DNA from: an uncultured virus (IMG/VR IMGVR_UViG_3300034356_003109)
Lineage: Duplodnaviria > Heunggongvirae > Uroviricota > Caudoviricetes
IMG/VR virus record: IMGVR_UViG_3300034356_003109
Strand: one strand, 5' to 3'
Length of the DNA: 64,000 nucleotides
Numbering within the stretch: position 1 is the stretch's first letter; each line of letters opens with the position of its first letter. This document shows, piece after piece, positions 26,569 through 34,860 of the stretch. The position numbers and the translations under genes are program-made. The notes below the pieces were generated by a model, which worked only from the letters and a program-made list of their open reading frames with translations, had not been told where the DNA came from and searched no databases.

Positions 26569-27193
26569 AATACATTAATTCAGCATCCCCTGCGGTCCAC
26601 TTGTGAGCGAGACCTTCACAGGAAAATTCTTTCGAAAACGGTTTCCATGTTTTCGCTTCTGGAGGTAGTTTATTAGATATCCACGCTCCACTGTCTCTAA
26701 AAATTATTCTATTATTTGGTTGAGCGAACATTTGTCCGCCTTCGCCCCAAAAAATATGAGCGCATTTGTGTCCAGCAGATATTTCAGAATAGCCTAGATT
26801 ATAATCTTCACCATTGCACCAATCAATTGTGAATAGATATTTTGCAACATGCATTCTCTTATCTTTAAGATAAATATATGCACTGCTATTTTTTAAATAT
26901 TCAAATCTTTGAATTGTAAAATAATAACTATAACTATCCCATAGCTGCAACCAATCTAAGTCATATTTGGTGATGGGTTGTTCACTATTGGAAAGATAAT
27001 GAATAGGCACTCTGGCAAATTGTGCGCCGTATTCACTCATGACATTAAACATCAAACAACGTCGAGGAATAGATACTATAGAAAATATTTCTACAGGAAT
27101 AAATTTTCCAGTCGTTCTGGGCGCACTGTCAGCAAGAAAAGAAGTATCTAAATATCCTAACTGAGTTGGTATATTTGTCGATAGATAGCTCAT
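26549..27193 (-). CDS. conserved phage protein
   Basis: GA.FARVPI, LQLWD, YLFTIDW, HKCAH, AQPNNR. Confidence 0.75.
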   Translation of the reverse strand: MSYLSTNIPTQLGYLDTSFLADSAPRTTGKFIPVEIFSIVSIPRRCLMFNVMSEYGAQFARVPIHYLSNSEQPITKYDLDWLQLWDSYSYYFTIQRFEYLKNSSAYIYLKDKRMHVAKYLFTIDWCNGEDYNLGYSEISAGHKCAHIFWGEGGQMFAQPNNRIIFRDSGAWISNKLPPEAKTWKPFSKEFSCEGLAHKWTAGDAELMYYEFQSE

Positions 27194-27378
27194 TATTCGC
27201 CTTTTTTAAACGACTCCATGAGATCATGCACGGATTTTAGCATCGTGTCAAGAGTGGCAATGCGATTTGCGTAAAGATTTTCGGTTTTTATCTGTTCTTC
27301 TTTGATAAGTTTTTCTAGTTCTTGTATTTTTTTAAAAGTTTTGACTGGTTTGTTTCTTTCGAATTCAGATACGTTCAT
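27193..27378 (-). CDS. hypothetical protein
   Basis: Packed ORF. Confidence 0.55.
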   Translation of the reverse strand: MNVSEFERNKPVKTFKKIQELEKLIKEEQIKTENLYANRIATLDTMLKSVHDLMESFKKGE

Positions 27379-27968
27379 ATTTTTTTATAAATAAAATACT
27401 TTTGCCATTCTTCTCTATTTTTTACTGGCTTGTTGGGGAGTACGGGGATAGGCATTGGAACGGATTTAATATCGCGATTTTTGTTGTCTAAAAATGGATA
27501 TAAGTCCTTCTTTATTTGATTACACCGCGCACAGGTAAGAGTGATGTTTTCTATTTCTTTAGTTCCACCTTTGGAGCGTGGAAAGATATGTTCAACGGTC
27601 ATATCTTTTTTATCAAATTGATCGTAACAAATTTGACAAGTATAATCAAAAATAATGCATAATTTTTGAAGACTCAATGTGCGAGGCATTTTTTTTCTTT
27701 TTGAATAAAAAGAAGCTTTGATAACAGCGGTAGTGGGTAAAAACCAAATTCTATCTTTAGAAGTTAAAAAAGGTTGATCTTCGTGAAAATCAATTCCCTG
27801 ATTAGAAATCCATTGCAGATTGTTATCTATTAGATTTTCGCTCGCATCAAAGCATTTGATATTATTTTTTATTAAATGCAAGAATGTAGCCCTACCCGTT
27901 AAAAAGGTGTAAGGCATAAACGAAGAATCTAAAAGTAAAGTGGTTATTTGATTAGAATAACTTGACAT
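27375..27968 (-). CDS. HNH endonuclease (McrA-like)
   Basis: TCQIC, TVEHIFPRSKGG..N...CARCNQ.K. Confidence 0.85.
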   Translation of the reverse strand: MSSYSNQITTLLLDSSFMPYTFLTGRATFLHLIKNNIKCFDASENLIDNNLQWISNQGIDFHEDQPFLTSKDRIWFLPTTAVIKASFYSKRKKMPRTLSLQKLCIIFDYTCQICYDQFDKKDMTVEHIFPRSKGGTKEIENITLTCARCNQIKKDLYPFLDNKNRDIKSVPMPIPVLPNKPVKNREEWQKYFIYKKI

Positions 27969-28005
27969 ACTATGAAAATAGCAGAAAAATCAAAATTGTC
28001 AACAT

Positions 28006-28033
28006 AAAAAAACCGTTAACTTTCGTTAACGGT
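28006..28033 (-). terminator. intrinsic terminator
   Basis: ACCGTTAAC-GAAA-GTTAACGGT followed by TTTTT. Confidence 0.75.
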
Positions 28034-28058
28034 ATATTTGACTAAATATCGTTCACTA

Positions 28059-28766
28059 TTAGAAGTTCCAGCGAACTCCCGCAACAGCGACTACATCGCC
28101 GCTGAACTCTTGGCGTGCGAAGTTATACTTGGAAGACTGAAAATTATTGTCGTAATATCCAACTTCAGCATAAGGTTGAAGATGATTGAAGAAAGTGCGA
28201 GAAACACCAATCTTGGCTGCTACGACATCATAATCAGTAAACTTACCATACTCGACAGCAGGAGTAACAGTGAACCAGCCGAACACATCGGTTGGGCGTT
28301 CAGCACCAACGATATAACCTGATTGACCAAGGTTAAAGTCATGTGAACCACGGATGTAAGGAGTTAGATATGGATTTACCAAAGCAATCTTTGGAGCGAT
28401 TTCAGTGGAATTACGACCTCCAAGAATTGAGCTTTGATGGCGAAGAACTTGCAAATCACCGCGAAGGGAGAACTTTTCGGTAATCTTTAGAGCCTTGCCA
28501 ACACCCACCTTCCAATGAGATTCGTCGATGTTATTAGAATTAGGAAGAACGACACCACCGACGTAAGCATCTACACCAAAATAGGTCTTTCCAATGTCGA
28601 AACCAGCAAATGCTGATCCGCTAGTCTTTGCTAGACCATTGACGATGTAGTGGTTGTTGTAACCAGCGTTAATACTGGCGTTGATTGTTGATTCCTCGGC
28701 ATCCGCAGCAAAAACTGCGACTGAGGCTAGAACTGATACGATGAATAACTTAAATGACTTAATCAT
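28059..28766 (-). CDS. outer-membrane beta-barrel protein
   Basis: Signal peptide (AVFA), alternating aromatic beta strands, C-terminal BAM signal VAGVRWNF. Confidence 0.8.
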   Translation of the reverse strand: MIKSFKLFIVSVLASVAVFAADAEESTINASINAGYNNHYIVNGLAKTSGSAFAGFDIGKTYFGVDAYVGGVVLPNSNNIDESHWKVGVGKALKITEKFSLRGDLQVLRHQSSILGGRNSTEIAPKIALVNPYLTPYIRGSHDFNLGQSGYIVGAERPTDVFGWFTVTPAVEYGKFTDYDVVAAKIGVSRTFFNHLQPYAEVGYYDNNFQSSKYNFARQEFSGDVVAVAGVRWNF

Positions 28767-28816
28767 AGGCGTATAATTTTACACCTTTTTAGCGAGAAGT
28801 CAACAAGTTTTTTTCG

Positions 28817-29038
28817 TCAAACGCCTTTTATCTTGTTCATTAAATAATTAGCTCCAACTGAAACTGCCGCAACTATTCCTGCTAAATAATATTTAAAATA
28901 CTCAAGGCCAGCGACTCGCGTTTCTAAGTCTTTGTGGCTTTTTTTAATATCGTCTATATTGTCAGAGATAGTATCTAATTTTTGTTCCATTCTTGAGAGA
29001 ACAGCATCGTAACTATTATTTTCGTACTTGTCTGACAT
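28817..29038 (-). CDS. small coiled-coil protein with C-terminal TM helix (holin/XhlA-like)
   Basis: Coiled coil, RV..LE..K, then a hydrophobic helix. Confidence 0.5.
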   Translation of the reverse strand: MSDKYENNSYDAVLSRMEQKLDTISDNIDDIKKSHKDLETRVAGLEYFKYYLAGIVAAVSVGANYLMNKIKGV

Positions 29039-29111
29039 GTAGTTTTTTACACTAGAAACAGAGCTTTGAGAGCGTTGTTTTTTTAATGTTAAATTTTAGT
29101 ATTTTTTAAGT

Positions 29112-29324
29112 CTATATAAAATAAAAAAGACCTTTAGAGTTATAAACTACTATTTTAATTTTAGTTTCATTGATCCTGTTTGAGCCAAGTATGTCAGTCA
29201 CTTGAAAAGGGTCTGGAGTGGGGCTTATTGGAGCGGCCATAACTCTATCTTTTACTTTATATATATCTAAATTAGTATCAACAATACTTGGATGGTATTG
29301 TCTTGTTAAAGGTGCCATTTTCAT
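29112..29324 (-). CDS. hypothetical protein
   Basis: ATGA overlap with the cyclase gene stop. Confidence 0.55.
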   Translation of the reverse strand: MKMAPLTRQYHPSIVDTNLDIYKVKDRVMAAPISPTPDPFQVTDILGSNRINETKIKIVVYNSKGLFYFI

Positions 29325-31093
29325 ATTGTTTTAGGTGTTGATTCTGTTTTTTTAACCCTAGAAGTTGGAAACGCTTTGTTTCCAAAGTCAGATGCGTATA
29401 AGCTATATAATCTCATAATAACTCCATGTTTAACAGTAACGTCGCCAAGATCTTCGACTAATACATAATTTGGCCTATCGTATTTAGCTACAACATCAGA
29501 ACTAACTAATAAATGATTAGTTTCTCCTGAATCCATTACTCTTTGTGCATAATTAATTCCATCGCCACTAATGTTTAAATTGCCATTGATATCTTCAAGC
29601 GGGCAAACATCGCCACAATGAATACCCATTCTCATTTCTAAATCTGGTCTATTTTTTACAGCTTTTGCTACGGTAATGCCACAATTGATAGCGTCTTCAA
29701 GATAAGTAAAAAATCCGAGAATCATTCCATCTCCTGTCGGTAGAACGATTAATTTTTCAAGTGCGTTTGCGGTTTTAAATTGTATAGTTGATTTAACTAT
29801 TTCGCCCAAATCTTTAAAGCATTTTCTCTGCTCATCAGTGGTTTTTTTACTATATCCAACTATGTCCATGAAAAAAATATAGCCATCTTGTATTTTGTCC
29901 AATTCAAGACGACTAGATTTAACTTCAGCATCAATAGCTGCTACTTGATTTATTATTTTTTTAAGTGGTTTCGGAGCTTCAACTTTTTTAACTTCTTCGA
30001 TTTTCTTTTCTTCGACGACTTTGTTTTTGCTTTTTAAAAATTCTTTCCAGTTGATTGTTTTTTTATCTTTTTTCTTTGGATCTTTTGCGACTTCTTCTTC
30101 GTGTATTTTTTTTAATTTATCTTCTTCTTCATTTCTTTTATCAATATAAGCTTGCATTTGTTTTTTAAATTCTTCGCTGATGTGGATTGTAACGTCTTTG
30201 CCGTTGCCTCCATTGTCGATTTTTTTCTTTCTTGCGGCTCCTTTTAATTGAAGAAGCGTTTGCATTTTGATATTGCCAGTTTTAAAAGCCAAATCTAATG
30301 GAGCTATTTCGCCTTTAAAATCCGCTCCATTAACGTTAGCTCCTAAACATATCAAAAACTCAACCATTTCTATATCGTTAGCGTTAACGGCATAATGAAT
30401 TGGCATCCATCCATTCTTTTCATCTCTGCCATTTATGCGCCCATCTACATCAAAATATTTTTGCACACCTTCAAAATCTCCCGTTTCAGCACAAAAATGA
30501 AGGCTTGAGCCGCCAGAAGATTTTGCACCAGCTTTAGTTAATATTCTTACTATTTCGCCTCTATTACCTAAAGCTAATACGTCTATTGGATTATTCTTTC
30601 CTAAGAAGTCTTTAGCGTTAACATCTGCACCTTTGATTAATAAATATTCTACAAGATGTTTTTGTCCGTAGTGAGCCGCGTAATGCAGAGCGGTCCAGCC
30701 TTTTGCGGCATCAACTTCATTTAAAGTATGTCCTTTGTTCAACATCTCTTCGATAGAAACTATATCTCCATTTTTAGCGGCTAAATGAAAACTGCTACCA
30801 CTGCCGTATTTTGCGCCACGTTTTTGAAGAGTATCAACAATTGATAAAAACCCTTTTTGTTCTGCAATATCAAGTGCTGTATTTTTACTTGTCCAGTCTT
30901 TACAATTAACATCAGCACCATGATTCAATAATAATTCAACAATTTCTTTATTGTTTTCTGACACAGCTACGATAAGAGGAGGGTTGCCGGTATCCTCATC
31001 TCTTTCGTTTATATTAACTTTATCTTTAACTATGCAATTGTAGACATTATCATATAAATTGCGGCGGATATGAGTGAAAATATTAATTGCCAT
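29321..31093 (-). CDS. ankyrin-repeat protein with C-terminal class III nucleotide cyclase domain
   Basis: Repeated G.(T/P)(A/P)LH.A...GADVN ankyrin units; cyclase motifs FMDIVGYS, TGDG, RMGIHCG, GDGINYAQRVM, VKHG. Confidence 0.88.
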   Translation of the reverse strand: MAINIFTHIRRNLYDNVYNCIVKDKVNINERDEDTGNPPLIVAVSENNKEIVELLLNHGADVNCKDWTSKNTALDIAEQKGFLSIVDTLQKRGAKYGSGSSFHLAAKNGDIVSIEEMLNKGHTLNEVDAAKGWTALHYAAHYGQKHLVEYLLIKGADVNAKDFLGKNNPIDVLALGNRGEIVRILTKAGAKSSGGSSLHFCAETGDFEGVQKYFDVDGRINGRDEKNGWMPIHYAVNANDIEMVEFLICLGANVNGADFKGEIAPLDLAFKTGNIKMQTLLQLKGAARKKKIDNGGNGKDVTIHISEEFKKQMQAYIDKRNEEEDKLKKIHEEEVAKDPKKKDKKTINWKEFLKSKNKVVEEKKIEEVKKVEAPKPLKKIINQVAAIDAEVKSSRLELDKIQDGYIFFMDIVGYSKKTTDEQRKCFKDLGEIVKSTIQFKTANALEKLIVLPTGDGMILGFFTYLEDAINCGITVAKAVKNRPDLEMRMGIHCGDVCPLEDINGNLNISGDGINYAQRVMDSGETNHLLVSSDVVAKYDRPNYVLVEDLGDVTVKHGVIMRLYSLYASDFGNKAFPTSRVKKTESTPKTI

Positions 31094-31094
31094 T

Positions 31095-31475
31095 TTAGTC
31101 TTGCTTTTTAAATCTACTTAGATCTAAGTTAGCAAGAGGCTTTTCAATATTTAATGATGCTAGTCTTTCGTTTTGGACGACTAGTTTGCTGCCGCCCAAA
31201 ACCTTTCCGTCAACAACATCGTATATGAAGAATACGGTCTTTGTTAAACCCACTCTAACTATTCTTCCAGGTTTACCATCTACATAAACGACATCATCTT
31301 CTTTATAATCATTTCCAACAAACATGAATAAAGCTGCGGCAAGTTTTTCGATACTAGACTTAAACATTAATGCTACAAGTCCAATAATAAATAACCAAAC
31401 ATATTTGCCGGTCAAATCTTGACCAGTTGATTCTAATACTTGTTGTGATATAACGTGTGCGTCGTTTGTGTTCAT
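31095..31475 (-). CDS. small membrane protein with an MscS-like beta domain
   Basis: TM helix, then YKEDDVVYVDGKPGRIVRVGLTKT and V.N..L. Confidence 0.55.
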   Translation of the reverse strand: MNTNDAHVISQQVLESTGQDLTGKYVWLFIIGLVALMFKSSIEKLAAALFMFVGNDYKEDDVVYVDGKPGRIVRVGLTKTVFFIYDVVDGKVLGGSKLVVQNERLASLNIEKPLANLDLSRFKKQD

Positions 31476-31561
31476 ATAATCAGTTGTGTCATAACTGATT
31501 ACACTAAAATAAATAAAATAGATTTTTTAAAGTTCTCCGGTATTTTTTAGTATATTGCCGG

Positions 31562-32521
31562 TTATTTGATCCACTTTTGTTCTCTTAATATATTATCTAT
31601 TAAATCTTTTTCATCGCTATCCATTTCTTTCTCGAAACGTTTTAGTAATTCATTTAATGGATATACTCTATCAGGAGATTCTTTCTGTTTTACTTTCAAT
31701 TCTTGAATAACATCTACAATTTTAACAAGAGGAGATTTAAATTCATCAACCTTATCTTTTGTTGCGAAATCACACATTTCAAAAGCTTTGGGAGTAAGAG
31801 CTTTAAGAATAGATATGATTGCAGATCCCAACATATTAAATATTGAGAATGCAGCGGCGGCAGCAGGATGAACCGTAGCCAATAAACGAAGAAGAACGAA
31901 TACCACAACAAATACTAATATTGCAGTTAACGCGCTAACAATAAATTTCTTTAATCCCCAAAATACTGCATTAAGACCAAACATTCCGCTCATTGAATCT
32001 AATACAGCTTTATTTTGATCAGCTTCTTTGGCTACTTCTTTAGCTTTATCGGTTAGTTGCCAGAGTTGATCGTCGTATTTTTGATTTAATTCTGATTTTT
32101 CTTTTTGAAGTTTATTTATTAGCTCGTCTCTTTGAGTTAATAACTCTTCGCCTTTTTTACGTTCTTCAACTAAAGCGGAGTTTAAAAGATCTACTGTAGC
32201 TTTAATTCTTTTTGTTTCGTCTATGTGAGGCGAACCGACAATGGAAATAACTCTTTCATTTAATTTTAATGCTGTGTCTACTTGTACAGGAGCATTAGTA
32301 ACTTGATTTAAAGAATGTTGAATGCCGATTGAAAGCCCAGAGGTTTGTATTTTCTTACCTTTGTCGTTCTTTTCTATTTCTACTAAAGTGTTATCTACTT
32401 TTTTTTCTTCTTTCGCGATAATCTTTTGATTATCATCGATTTGTTTAGAAGGCTTGATTGTAGAGAAACATCCAGTAAATAAAAAAACCAATATAATAAA
32501 TATTGGTAGCTTGAAAGTCAT
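31562..32521 (-). CDS. lipoprotein with coiled coil and internal TM segment (spanin-like architecture)
   Basis: Lipobox FTGC, long coiled coil, TM FIVSALTAILVFVVVFVLL. Confidence 0.6.
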   Translation of the reverse strand: MTFKLPIFIILVFLFTGCFSTIKPSKQIDDNQKIIAKEEKKVDNTLVEIEKNDKGKKIQTSGLSIGIQHSLNQVTNAPVQVDTALKLNERVISIVGSPHIDETKRIKATVDLLNSALVEERKKGEELLTQRDELINKLQKEKSELNQKYDDQLWQLTDKAKEVAKEADQNKAVLDSMSGMFGLNAVFWGLKKFIVSALTAILVFVVVFVLLRLLATVHPAAAAAFSIFNMLGSAIISILKALTPKAFEMCDFATKDKVDEFKSPLVKIVDVIQELKVKQKESPDRVYPLNELLKRFEKEMDSDEKDLIDNILREQKWIK

Positions 32522-32573
32522 ATCTGTTGTTACACAGATAATGATAAAAAGAAAATATAAAAATTATCCGCTA

Positions 32574-32789
32574 TTACTTTTTTCTATACACGGAGTTTTC
32601 TTTTGTTATTTTAAATTTTAAAAGAAGGTTACCGTCACCAATTTTAACATATTGATCGTCGTACAGTAATACATAATCATCTTTTTTAAATAACTCGCCT
32701 ATTTTAACTAGGTTGTATTTTTTAATATCTTTATCGGATAAGGTAAAGACATTCACCGCTCTATGTATATTTGAAACATTATCGTTCAC
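32574..32789 (-). CDS. hypothetical protein
   Basis: Short ORF. Confidence 0.5.
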   Translation of the reverse strand: MNDNVSNIHRAVNVFTLSDKDIKKYNLVKIGELFKKDDYVLLYDDQYVKIGDGNLLLKFKITKENSVYRKK

Positions 32790-32942
32790 TATTGGAGCCT
32801 TTTTTAATTTTCTTTATATTCTTACGTCCCCAATTTATTGAATCGTGATTTTCTTTATATTGTTTGCTAAAACAATTCCTTGGTTTATCGCCTTTACCAG
32901 CACTCATATTTTTTTTATTTATATAATTCTTACGCTATAAAA

Positions 32943-33016
32943 TGGTTGTCCGATCAGAATTCGAATCTGAACAAAAAGAGTCAAAGTCTTTTGTGCTACC
33001 GTTACACCATCGGACA
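32943..33016 (-). tRNA. tRNA-Gln(TTG)
   Basis: TGTCCGA/TCGGACA-ACCA, AAAGA-CTTTGAC-TCTTT, TTCGAAT. Confidence 0.9.
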
Positions 33017-33024
33017 ATTTAAAT

Positions 33025-33117
33025 TGGCGGTGAGAGAAGGATTTGAACCTTCGGTACTCTTTTGAAGTACGGAATTTTAGTAGAATTCTGCCATAAACCA
33101 GACTCGGCCACCTCACC
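33025..33117 (-). tRNA. tRNA-Ser with ACT anticodon
   Basis: GGTGAGG acceptor, G73-CCA, long variable arm GTACT/AGTAC, anticodon arm GAATT-CTACTAA-AATTC. Confidence 0.85.
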
Positions 33118-33394
33118 TTAATTTTTCTAACTCGAAACATCCAAAACCAGCTTGATGTTCAAAAGTTAGTAATCCACATCTTTTACTTTTTTTATTTGCA
33201 CAGACTCCGTAATCAAAGTCTGCATCTCTATATTTCTGATTGTATAAAGGAATAAAATGCTTACACCCGCCGCTACAATCATTGTACTCAGCATCAGGAT
33301 CAGCCCAGCGAGATATTTTTCCTCCATAATCTATATAATCAGTATCAAGAACTTTACAAAGATCCAATAGACCTAAATCTTTGTTTTTTTTCAC
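33113..33394 (-). CDS. Cys-rich hypothetical protein
   Basis: DCSGGCKHF, DYGVC.N, LLTFEH..GC. Confidence 0.65.
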   Translation of the reverse strand: MKKNKDLGLLDLCKVLDTDYIDYGGKISRWADPDAEYNDCSGGCKHFIPLYNQKYRDADFDYGVCANKKSKRCGLLTFEHQAGFGCFELEKLR

Positions 33395-33684
33395 TTCTTC
33401 TTATTGTTTTTTATAGAACGAGTTGAAGTTTTAAGTCCAAAATTCAAATCAATCCAAGCCGTCTCTATCAATGCTTTATCTTTAGTGAGCTTCATCTTTT
33501 CGCGCATATACTTCATCGTCCAGTTCTTCCACTTCTCATTCTCTTCTGGGGAATATGTATACTTCTGATACCAATTTGGTACTTGATTATTGCAAATATC
33601 TTCGTATTTTATATCTAAATTGGCAATTTTAAATTGTTTATCTATTATCTTTTTAATATGTTTATCATTCATACGCCGGTCCAT
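33391..33684 (-). CDS. hypothetical protein
   Basis: Packed ORF. Confidence 0.6.
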   Translation of the reverse strand: MDRRMNDKHIKKIIDKQFKIANLDIKYEDICNNQVPNWYQKYTYSPEENEKWKNWTMKYMREKMKLTKDKALIETAWIDLNFGLKTSTRSIKNNKKK

Positions 33685-34109
33685 CCAAATCCACCGTCTT
33701 CTCTTACGGTATTATCAAGAGTGTTAGTTTCATTAAAGTTTACCGAATAACAAGCTTCAAATATAATTTGAGCAATTCGATCACCTTTCTTAACTATAAA
33801 ATCAATATCCTTGTCTGTATTATAAAGAATAACTCCAATATCTCCACGATAATCGCAATCAATCACGCCAGCCAGAACATCAATACCATTTTTATAAGCC
33901 AAGCCAGAACGAGGAGCAATGCGCCCGTAGTAGCCGGTAGTAATTGCCATTGAAATATTAGTCTTTACTAATTTGCGAGTTCCGCAAACAATTGTAGTGT
34001 CTTCTGCTGCATATAAATCATATCCAGCCGCAAAATTTGTTCCTTGAGTGGGAATTTTTGCATTATCAGAAAGCTTCTTAATATTTATTTGTAGAACTTC
34101 TTTATACAT
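33669..34109 (-). CDS. dut: dUTPase
   Basis: AGYDL, PRSG, GVIDCDYRG, GDRIAQ, R..GGFG.TG. Confidence 0.95.
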   Translation of the reverse strand: MYKEVLQINIKKLSDNAKIPTQGTNFAAGYDLYAAEDTTIVCGTRKLVKTNISMAITTGYYGRIAPRSGLAYKNGIDVLAGVIDCDYRGDIGVILYNTDKDIDFIVKKGDRIAQIIFEACYSVNFNETNTLDNTVREDGGFGWTGV

Positions 34110-34110
34110 A

Positions 34111-34860
34111 TCACTTATCTTTTAACATTGACATTAAAATTCTAGCTTCTTTTGCGGGAATATCATTGTAACAAGTCCAAACTTTAGCTTCGGCATTCTT
34201 ATAAACGCCAAGCTTCCAAGCGTTTCGAAGGTAATCTTGAAACTCTTCAAAATTACTGAGTCCAGAATTCTTGGCAGTCTTTTCTAACATGCCTTGAGAA
34301 GAAGGAAGAGCGACTTCATTATCATCTTCAAATACTGAAGGGGTTCCCTTCTTAGAAGCATCGATTTCATCGCTACCTACGATATGTACGCCTAGAAAGT
34401 TTCTTACAGACCTAACGAATGCACGATTAGCTGCAATCGTCTCCAAAAATTTGACAGCAAAATCTGAAGTGTTATTGACTGTAGCGTTTGCGATATCTTC
34501 GTAGTAGCTTTCACGTTCTGATTCATAATTTGAAATCCATGTTATACCGCATTTAATGGCGACATAAGACGCTTCACATTTAACAACATCGTATTTTACG
34601 CTTGTATAACCTCGCAGTTTTGCAAGTTCTTTAATACCAGACAGCTTGATAAGAAGCTGATTGTCAGCAAGACCTTCAATCGAAGTTGGCATCTGCTGCT
34701 TGCGCGATTCAAACCAGCCTCTATTAGGAAATAGATGCTCTGGTTTAACCATTGCTCGCCAGTTGATTGAGCCGTCTTCATTTGTCTTGTAATCTATTCC
34801 TTGAATTAGACCCCATGCATTACGCGATTGGGGTGTTAGATGTGGGTTCTTCTCGCTCAT
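34111..34860 (-). CDS. putative single-strand annealing protein (Rad52/Sak/ERF-like)
   Basis: G...LA, then ETIAANRAFVRSVRNFLG...DE, resembling the MA.TRA..RA helix of SSAPs. Confidence 0.45.
   Translation of the reverse strand: MSEKNPHLTPQSRNAWGLIQGIDYKTNEDGSINWRAMVKPEHLFPNRGWFESRKQQMPTSIEGLADNQLLIKLSGIKELAKLRGYTSVKYDVVKCEASYVAIKCGITWISNYESERESYYEDIANATVNNTSDFAVKFLETIAANRAFVRSVRNFLGVHIVGSDEIDASKKGTPSVFEDDNEVALPSSQGMLEKTAKNSGLSNFEEFQDYLRNAWKLGVYKNAEAKVWTCYNDIPAKEARILMSMLKDK

Noticed and set aside
29321..31475. A complete Pycsar defence system
   Set aside because: Neither neighbouring gene shows a recognisable cyclic-nucleotide-binding effector domain.
33025..33117. Reading the Ser tRNA as an amber (CTA) suppressor, implying stop-codon recoding
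   Set aside because: The paired stem GAATT/AATTC fixes the loop as CTACTAA, giving anticodon ACT. Long genes are intact in the standard code.
32880..33140. ORFs 32919..33140 (-) and 32880..33065 (+)
   Set aside because: They overlap tRNA-Gln and tRNA-Ser and are spurious translations.
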